The notes below the pieces were generated by a model. The model did no database searches. It was not told the DNA's origin and worked only from the letters and a program-made list of their open reading frames with translations. A DNA stretch of 64,000 nucleotides, taken from positions 728,007-792,006 of the forward strand of contig JACROE010000002.1 in assembly GCA_016214565.1 (NCBI GenBank), given 5' to 3'. Numbering within the stretch: the first letter of the stretch is position 1; each line of letters opens with the position of its first letter. A program made the translations under genes and the position numbers. This stretch comes from Candidatus Kerfeldbacteria bacterium. Lineage in GTDB: Bacteria > Patescibacteriota > Patescibacteriia > UBA10025 > JAHIVO01. This document shows positions 46,991 through 53,815 of the stretch, piece after piece.

Positions 46991-47842
46991 ATGTATATGA
47001 ATCAGAAAAAAATAAAGCAAATAATAGTTAGTGGCAGTTTTCTAATAGTATTGATTGCCTTTCTTTTTGTTACTCAATTGCAGCAGCGACCGGCTGGGGT
47101 TCGGGTAACATTTTTTGATATTGGCCAGGGAGACAGTGCGTTAATTCAAACTTCGGCAGGTTCTACTATTTTGATTGATGGGGGGCCTGATCGAACAATT
47201 TTAGAAAAGCTTGGTGCAGCGCTACCATTCTATGAACATTCGATTGACCTGATGATTCTGACGCATCCTCATGCCGACCATTTGAACGGACTACTGGCGG
47301 TGCTCGAGCGGTATGAGGTCAAGAATATTCTGTACACGGATGTCGCGTATGATGCACCACAATATGATGAGTGGCTACAGAGGCTCGAAAGTGTTTCAAG
47401 TAAAAAATTAATCGCTCATGCTGGTCAAACATTTACCTTTGATGAAGTGCAGCTTGAGGTACTCTATCCATTGTCCGATATGTCAGGGCAATCAATCGAT
47501 GATATCAACGAGTCATCTATCGTCGCGCGTCTAAGCTATCAAAATAATTCAATACTCTTCACGGGAGATGCCGGTGTGCCGACTGAGCAAGTACTCCTGA
47601 ATGCGGGAGTTGAACTTGAAAGCGATATTTTGAAAGTTGGACATCATGGGAGTGATACGTCGTCCTCAATTGTTTTTATTAATGCAGTCAGCCCTGCTAT
47701 TGCCGTTATTTCTTTGGGTAACAACACGTTTGGGCATCCGAAAGCCAGTGTTTTGAAGCGTCTGGAATACGTAGGTGCAGCGGTGAAACGCACCGATCAA
47801 CTGAGTGATATCGTGATTGAATTACCCCTTGACAAAAAATGA
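46991..47842 (+). CDS. ComEC-type metallo-beta-lactamase-fold nuclease (stand-alone)
   Basis: FFDIGQGDS, LTHPHADH, NESSIV, FTGDA, LKVGHHGS, NTFGHP. Confidence 0.92.
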   Translation: MYMNQKKIKQIIVSGSFLIVLIAFLFVTQLQQRPAGVRVTFFDIGQGDSALIQTSAGSTILIDGGPDRTILEKLGAALPFYEHSIDLMILTHPHADHLNGLLAVLERYEVKNILYTDVAYDAPQYDEWLQRLESVSSKKLIAHAGQTFTFDEVQLEVLYPLSDMSGQSIDDINESSIVARLSYQNNSILFTGDAGVPTEQVLLNAGVELESDILKVGHHGSDTSSSIVFINAVSPAIAVISLGNNTFGHPKASVLKRLEYVGAAVKRTDQLSDIVIELPLDKK

Positions 47843-47857
47843 TTAATATAGTACTAT
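47829..47857 (+). promoter_or_regulatory. Near-consensus sigma70 promoter of orphan operon 2
   Basis: TTGACA-17-TACTAT. Confidence 0.8.
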
Positions 47858-47863
47858 GCCAAG

Positions 47864-48120
47864 CTGTTTTGCTTATGGAAACATAAGTGAAATAGACGGA
47901 AAGATCAGTAATGATCTTTGACAATATATCTACGGAAGTTACATCAACTATACCAATAACAATCAATCGCTCACCCCGAAATTTTCGGGCGTGGAAAGGA
48001 GTATTCCTATGAACGTTTTGACGTTCGATATACCTTCGGGTATATGGCGTGCCAGGGCGCCTGTAAATCAATCCTGGAGAGTTTATAAAACTCGTCCACC
48101 TCGGAAAGGAGGTGAGCGAT
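47864..48120 (+). ncRNA. Candidate structured leader RNA with GNRA/UUCG hairpins and a boxA-like motif
   Basis: 14-bp GAAA-capped hairpin, 8-bp GUAA-capped hairpin, a UUCG hairpin, and a 10-bp long-range helix ATCGCTCACC/GGTGAGCGAT. Confidence 0.6.
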
Positions 48121-48122
48121 AA
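48009..48122 (+). CDS. Putative 37-aa leader peptide MNVLTFDIPSGIWRARAPVNQSWRVYKTRPPRKGGER
   Basis: SD GGAAAGGAG lies shortly upstream of ATG 48009; the stop overlaps the next start (TAATG). Confidence 0.45.
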   Translation: MNVLTFDIPSGIWRARAPVNQSWRVYKTRPPRKGGER

Positions 48123-49165
48123 TGGTAAATACGGCAAAAATCGCAGCGTCTACTACAAAAGCAGTCGCTCGCGGTGTGCTGATTCGGAAACTTGCTTCGA
48201 CTGTCTTCTCTATGGTTCGAAAAACCCCAGTAATGGAGAATCTGATTTATCAGTTTGCTCTATTTGTGAGGTCGTTACCAGCAGGTGACGATATCGGAGC
48301 TGAGGTCATCAATACCATGCCAGAGGATCTGCGATCAATTGCAGAGCCGATCTGGCGCGAGATTAATCATCTTTCGGAGGAAGATATGAAGAACAGGTTT
48401 GGTCGGGGAAATCCCAATCAGCAAAACAAAGGCCAGGGAGAGCAATCTTCAGGCCAACAGCAAGTGAATCGTAGTCGACAGGATATTGAGCGAGCGCTAA
48501 CAACAATGGCAGCGCTTGATCAGAAATTCTCGGTGTTCTTGGGGGGGCTGCTTTCGGCAGAGCCGCCAGGGACACGGGAGATTATCCTGGAAGCGATTGG
48601 GCGGATTTATAAAACCGTCCCGTTGCTCACCGCATTTCTTACGCCCCTCTTGATCCGCAAGGAGCGAGAGGAAAAGGTAAGTCTCCTCGATGAATTGGTA
48701 CTCAATCCTCCGACTTCGGCAAAACCGAAAACGGAGCATCATGGTACTGATGCAACGAAAGCATTTACGGTACTGTCCTGGCTCCGCCTGGCAGACGAGA
48801 ATGCTTTCAAGAAAATCATGGAGATCATGACCTCAGAAGCAAACGATTCTGACAAGGATCGTCCGGCTTTCTATGCGTATTTGGCCGCGCTGCATCATCT
48901 CCAAAAAGATGAAGCCGTGGCGAATTTGCAAGCCGTTGCCGCGATTGATGATCTTGAAGCGCGTGCGAAGATGGTGGGTGTTAATCCTAACTGGAAGACC
49001 CAGCTGAAGCGCACTTTTGGGATCCATCGGGGCAAGGTCACACAGGAAATGGTCGATCGTGCGCGTATGCGTGCCGATGCCGCCGTTAAAGAACTTATGG
49101 ATTACCGTGAACGCACTCGGCGTCAGCGGGAAATCAGAAAGATGAATCGGAGTCAATATGTCTGA
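48122..49165 (+). CDS. Hypothetical helical protein
   Basis: Strong SD (GAAAGGAGGTG), 347-aa ORF, overlaps the next gene. Confidence 0.8.
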   Translation: MVNTAKIAASTTKAVARGVLIRKLASTVFSMVRKTPVMENLIYQFALFVRSLPAGDDIGAEVINTMPEDLRSIAEPIWREINHLSEEDMKNRFGRGNPNQQNKGQGEQSSGQQQVNRSRQDIERALTTMAALDQKFSVFLGGLLSAEPPGTREIILEAIGRIYKTVPLLTAFLTPLLIRKEREEKVSLLDELVLNPPTSAKPKTEHHGTDATKAFTVLSWLRLADENAFKKIMEIMTSEANDSDKDRPAFYAYLAALHHLQKDEAVANLQAVAAIDDLEARAKMVGVNPNWKTQLKRTFGIHRGKVTQEMVDRARMRADAAVKELMDYRERTRRQREIRKMNRSQYV

Positions 49166-49664
49166 AACACACGACAAATCGTCACAGCCGTCCGCAGTCG
49201 TCGGTAGTGCACTCGACACAGTAAATGGCCTCTTCGAAGGTATTGGCCAGTTCGTCAGAGAACGGCCGATCAAGGACATCGTCATTGCATGGATTATGGG
49301 AGCAGTTACTACTAAAGTAGCTGCCTCAAGCCTACGGAATTTCTTGGACAATGATCCGTTGGCTGACGAACTCCATGCGGAGAATCGCCGTCGTCTTCGT
49401 GCCGAGCTTGAGCTTGACGCGGAGAAATTCCTGAACAAGTGTCGGGACGTCCTTGAGTCTATTGGTGAGAAATTCGAAGAATGGGCTGCTGCTGATAAGA
49501 AGCGGGGTGCCGAATTGCTAGAGCAAGCGGCCAGTCGTTTTGCAGGAACCAAGAATTTTTCTTGGCTTGCTGACTTCTGTCGTCCCACAGCTTCTCAAAC
49601 CACGCCGGCACCGGTGGTGAGTTCACTCATCATTACGGCCGGGAAGTATTCAACCGTTCGATAG
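49158..49664 (+). CDS. Hypothetical helical protein
   Basis: Coupled ORF within the operon; no motif recognised. Confidence 0.75.
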   Translation: MSETHDKSSQPSAVVGSALDTVNGLFEGIGQFVRERPIKDIVIAWIMGAVTTKVAASSLRNFLDNDPLADELHAENRRRLRAELELDAEKFLNKCRDVLESIGEKFEEWAAADKKRGAELLEQAASRFAGTKNFSWLADFCRPTASQTTPAPVVSSLIITAGKYSTVR

Positions 49665-49673
49665 GAAGGTATC

Positions 49674-51842
49674 ATGTTTAATAGAAAGAAAAAAGAACAG
49701 GCAGCTGAGCTGAAGGCTCCGGCTGCAGCATCCGCACCGGTTGAGGTTCAGTCGGCAAGTCCGACGTCTCAGCAAGCGGCTGTTCCTGAAAAGGAAGAGA
49801 AGGTAGAAGAGGGGTTCTTTAGCTCCATCGGTAGTTTTTTCGGGAAGCTCGGTGATCTCTTCAATGAAACCAAAGGGCTTCGTACCGTTGAACACCTGTT
49901 CGCGGTATATGGTGCCTTCGAAGCATTCAAGAAGAAACACACGATCTGGGGGCACTTCATTAATCTCCTCAGCATGATTGCTGTAGGCGTTGATAAGTTC
50001 CTCGATCCGACGAAGTCATTTTTGACTGCCGTCTTTGTGCGTTATATGCGCGCGGTTCGATTGGCCCTGCCAGTCATGGTTCTGTGTTTCCTCTCTGCGC
50101 TCATCATTCCTCTGGCAGGCTTCACCGGCCAATCAGTGTGGATGATGGGGCTCTATTCGGCGCTGATTATGCTGTTTCTGTCGATATTCGTCGATTATAC
50201 ATTTATAGCGAGTATTGATAGGCCGTCCGCTCCGAATTCGAGCCAGAATACCATTCCAGAAAGCGCCCTCATTCTGAGTGCTGCTGAGCGAGAAGCGCGT
50301 GACCGTGCTTGTCGAGAGGCGATGGTTAGTGCCGAACGTCGAGAGTCTCGACGCCGTCGGCGCAGCGCCATCATGCGTCGGATTCTGGGCCATTCCGGGA
50401 TCTTTATTGGGTCGTGGCTTTTCATTCCCACGCTGTCCTATATGGTTGGCGGGGTTGAGCCGACGACTCTGGTGCTGTCTGCGCCGTTTTTGCTCATTCT
50501 GAGCTTTCTGGCGCTGATCGTATTCCTGCCTTTGCTTGGCATTGCATATATTCTTATGCGCTTTGCCAACAAGGGTAAGACGCCTCCGTTCCTGGAGTCA
50601 GTCTACAATCCGCTGTTTGTGTTGTTCTTCTTTGTGGGCGGTGCGACGATTACTTTCGAAATGCTCCAGGTCTGGCATCTGCCTGGCTGGATGTTTATTG
50701 GAAGTATCATCGCACTTCTCGTGCTGGGTGTAGCTGCTATTCGCAAAACGTGGATTCGTACATTCTTGCAGAATACCACGGTTGTCAATGCATTTCTCAA
50801 GTTGGGGATCGTGGCGACACTGTGTGTAATTTGCATTGCGATTCCTGACAGCGGTAATCAGCAGTTACTATTCCGCACAGCCCAGGACTGGTTGGGCAAT
50901 GGTGCACGTGAGGTTGCGCAGAGCAATGTTACGCGTCCAGGTGGCGACGTTATCTTTGACCACAAGGTTGACTCATGTGACCTTGAGGTAGTTAAGAAAA
51001 TCGTCAATAAATCCACAAAGGTTTCTTCAATTGACTCAGCGTATGCTGATGTTAATCAGGACGGTGTCGTCAATGACATCGATGTGGTTTTCTTTGAGAA
51101 AGCGCTGAAGGAAGGAACTACGCTCATGCTGCGCCGCCCAACCAGTGTGCAGTTTGTAGCGAAGAATGAAGTGGATGATGAACAATCTGAATCTTCTATC
51201 CCTCCTTCGCCGGTAAACCCTGCTGATACCACTCCGGCGGCTCCGTCCACCGCCCCAGTTCCAAATGCAACTCCCACACCGCAGCTACAGCGGACTCAAC
51301 CGAGTCAACCGCCGCGGTCAAGGCTCGTTGTCGCCCAGCAGGGGATGTATTCGGAAGAAATTCCGATTAGCACTCTCGCTTCAGTGACCTGGCCAGTTGC
51401 GGTCACGGAAAATTCGATGTATACACTGCCTATTAGTGTACGCATCGATAGCCTTTCGCGCGGCACTGGATCTACCACGGCGTACGTAACGTTTCTCTAC
51501 CCGCAACCGGGTCCAGAAGCAGATCGCACGCCTCAGCGATTGTACATTGGACGTGGTACTCGCATTGAGTACGCCGCTCACCTAGTGCGGCATGCGTACT
51601 TACCAGAATTAAAGGTTTCCGAGGTTCAATTTCAAAACCCACTCTGGGGCGGAGAATACGAACAAAAGAATCTTGAGAATGGAGTACGCACGCTGAACAC
51701 CGGCCAGAAAATTGGCGCTAAGCTGATTTTCTCTGGTGAACTTCCGTATGATTTCTATAAACTCAACTTAGTCCTGATATTGTCTGGACGGCAGTATGAA
51801 GCGAAGTTGATCGTACCCCCGCCGGTGGGTTCATCGGTATAA
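49674..51842 (+). CDS. Polytopic membrane protein with dockerin-like domain, Pro-rich linker and beta-rich C-terminal domain
   Basis: About 8-9 hydrophobic segments; duplicated Ca-loops GDVIFDHKVDSCD...ADVNQDGVVNDID. Confidence 0.75.
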   Translation: MFNRKKKEQAAELKAPAAASAPVEVQSASPTSQQAAVPEKEEKVEEGFFSSIGSFFGKLGDLFNETKGLRTVEHLFAVYGAFEAFKKKHTIWGHFINLLSMIAVGVDKFLDPTKSFLTAVFVRYMRAVRLALPVMVLCFLSALIIPLAGFTGQSVWMMGLYSALIMLFLSIFVDYTFIASIDRPSAPNSSQNTIPESALILSAAEREARDRACREAMVSAERRESRRRRRSAIMRRILGHSGIFIGSWLFIPTLSYMVGGVEPTTLVLSAPFLLILSFLALIVFLPLLGIAYILMRFANKGKTPPFLESVYNPLFVLFFFVGGATITFEMLQVWHLPGWMFIGSIIALLVLGVAAIRKTWIRTFLQNTTVVNAFLKLGIVATLCVICIAIPDSGNQQLLFRTAQDWLGNGAREVAQSNVTRPGGDVIFDHKVDSCDLEVVKKIVNKSTKVSSIDSAYADVNQDGVVNDIDVVFFEKALKEGTTLMLRRPTSVQFVAKNEVDDEQSESSIPPSPVNPADTTPAAPSTAPVPNATPTPQLQRTQPSQPPRSRLVVAQQGMYSEEIPISTLASVTWPVAVTENSMYTLPISVRIDSLSRGTGSTTAYVTFLYPQPGPEADRTPQRLYIGRGTRIEYAAHLVRHAYLPELKVSEVQFQNPLWGGEYEQKNLENGVRTLNTGQKIGAKLIFSGELPYDFYKLNLVLILSGRQYEAKLIVPPPVGSSV

Positions 51843-51876
51843 TGTTTCCCTTCGGGAGCATTATGTAACAATCTAC

Positions 51877-51911
51877 CAGGCGTTGTGATTCAATCACAGC
51901 GCCTGTTTTTT
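51877..51911 (+). terminator. Intrinsic terminator
   Basis: CAGGCGTTGTGAT/ATCACAGCGCCTG stem followed by T6. Confidence 0.85.
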
Positions 51912-51924
51912 ATTGCAGAATGAC

Positions 51925-51953
51925 TTGCAAAAGTAGTTTATTTATGCTATACT
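51925..51953 (+). promoter_or_regulatory. sigma70 promoter
   Basis: TTGCAA-17-TATACT with a TG extension. Confidence 0.7.
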
Positions 51954-51994
51954 AGCAATGAAAATAAAAATCAAATAATCATTTTTACTACGTT

Positions 51995-53803
51995 ATGAGG
52001 AAAGTAATCCCGACTCTCCTTCGTATGTCAGTAGTGCCGCGCACTATTTTTTTTAGTTTAGTTGTGTTGGCTGGCATTCTCATTATTGGTGTACACCCGG
52101 CTCTTGCCGTTGATAGTGGCTATGAAAGCTTAGCAGTTGATACTGGCGCTGGCATTATATCGGTACGATTGATACGAATTAATCTGAAGAGCGAGGGTCT
52201 CGGCGTGAAATCGTTAACTACGTACGATGGCGATTGCAAGGACAATTGCCCGGTCCAATCGTTGGGGACTTTTGTTCAGGAGGTAGGCGGATTTGCCGGT
52301 ATCAACGGAAGTTATTTTTGTCCCGCTGATTATGCATCCTGTGCAAGCCAAGATGGATCGTATTTTTGGCTGTGGTATGATTCGGTTTCCGGCGCATTTA
52401 GTAATTCATACCAAAATCAATTTAATCGAGGTCCGGTCATTGCCTTTGGCAAAGATAATTCAACTCACTTTTTCCGCTATGCAAAAGATTGGCCGGGAAA
52501 AACGGAGTTTGAGTCTAGGACGGGGGTTGAGTTAGCTGCCGTCATTTCGAATGGTCCGGGGTTGATTTTCGAAGGTAATCTAATAGTTACGGATTCGGAT
52601 TTGGATACGAAACAGCGCACGGTAAAATCAAACAGATCTGCCATTGCCTTTAAAGGGGATAACGTATATTTGGCGGTTGCCTCATCTGCTACGGTCATGG
52701 ACCTGGGTCGGGCGTTGAAGGTGATGGGTATGTATAATGCGATGAATCTTGATGGTGGCGGCTCCTCAGCCTTGCATTATAATGGGAGCTATATTTTGGG
52801 GCCCGGTCGGAATATTCCGAATGCACTTGTTTTTACATCCACTGGTTCGACCGTGTCAGCTGCTCCACAACCGCGAGTGGCATCGGGTACTTCCTTCTTT
52901 GCCTATGACTCAACTCTGCGCTCTGGTTTCACCGTTTCAAGCGGTAATGTGCTGGGTGATAGCAAGGACGAAATTGTAACCGGGACAGCTTCCGGATTAG
53001 CGCCGCATGTGCGGGTATATGACGGCAAGGGAAATTTGCTCAAGCAGTTTTTTGCTTATGACTCTGGTTTGCGCAATGGCGTAAATGTGACTGCGTGTAA
53101 TATTGACGGCGTTGGCTCGGATGAGATCGTGACTGCTCAAGGGCGCGGTGGATGGCCGTTGGTGAGGATATTTGATGGGTCGGGAAATCTCATTCGTAGT
53201 GGATTCTATGTACTCGATGGGAAATTTACTGGAGGGGTTAATTTAACCTGTGGTGACACTAATGGCGATGGTACTAGTGAAATTGTAGTAGGTGCGATGC
53301 GCGGCGGGGGACCGCAAGTGATGATTTATAATGAAGTAGGCCGGGCGCTGACAAATTTTATGGCTTATGATCCTGGCTTCCGTGGCGGAATCATGGTATC
53401 TACCGCCGATGCCGATGGCGACGGGAAAGATGAGATAATCACCGGTCCGCAAACCGGCGCACCACATATTCAAATATTTCAGGTGCGCAACGCTATCAAA
53501 CGATTATCCCCCGGATTTTATGCATTCAGCACTTCCTATCGCGGCGGTGTGGCAGTAGCTGGGGTCGATACCAATGGCGATGGTAAAAAGGAAATTGTAG
53601 TGGGAGTTGGAGATAATGCTACCCCTTTTGTGAAGGTATATAATATTCGAGAGCAGTGGCAGGATGAATTTTTTGCCTATGCCACGACGTTTTTGGGTGG
53701 ATTGCAGTTAGCTGGTGGGGACGTGGATGGGGACGGGAAGGATGAACTGCTCACCGTGCCACGCGGGGGCGGCGCACCGCAGGTGCGGATGATTAATTTA
53801 TAA
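51995..53803 (+). CDS. Secreted phosphodiester glycosidase (NAGPA-like) with FG-GAP repeat C-terminus
   Basis: INGSYF, RSAIAF, AMNLDGGGSS; repeated GD.DGDG.DEI...G..P.V.IF / FFAY units. Confidence 0.88.
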   Translation: MRKVIPTLLRMSVVPRTIFFSLVVLAGILIIGVHPALAVDSGYESLAVDTGAGIISVRLIRINLKSEGLGVKSLTTYDGDCKDNCPVQSLGTFVQEVGGFAGINGSYFCPADYASCASQDGSYFWLWYDSVSGAFSNSYQNQFNRGPVIAFGKDNSTHFFRYAKDWPGKTEFESRTGVELAAVISNGPGLIFEGNLIVTDSDLDTKQRTVKSNRSAIAFKGDNVYLAVASSATVMDLGRALKVMGMYNAMNLDGGGSSALHYNGSYILGPGRNIPNALVFTSTGSTVSAAPQPRVASGTSFFAYDSTLRSGFTVSSGNVLGDSKDEIVTGTASGLAPHVRVYDGKGNLLKQFFAYDSGLRNGVNVTACNIDGVGSDEIVTAQGRGGWPLVRIFDGSGNLIRSGFYVLDGKFTGGVNLTCGDTNGDGTSEIVVGAMRGGGPQVMIYNEVGRALTNFMAYDPGFRGGIMVSTADADGDGKDEIITGPQTGAPHIQIFQVRNAIKRLSPGFYAFSTSYRGGVAVAGVDTNGDGKKEIVVGVGDNATPFVKVYNIREQWQDEFFAYATTFLGGLQLAGGDVDGDGKDELLTVPRGGGAPQVRMINL

Positions 53804-53815
53804 TAGTAATAAGTT

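Noticed and set aside
48833-49588. 251-aa antisense ORF (also 29894-30517, 28859-29371, 7427-7963 and similar)
   Set aside because: These are Ser/Arg-rich shadows on the strand opposite well-supported genes.
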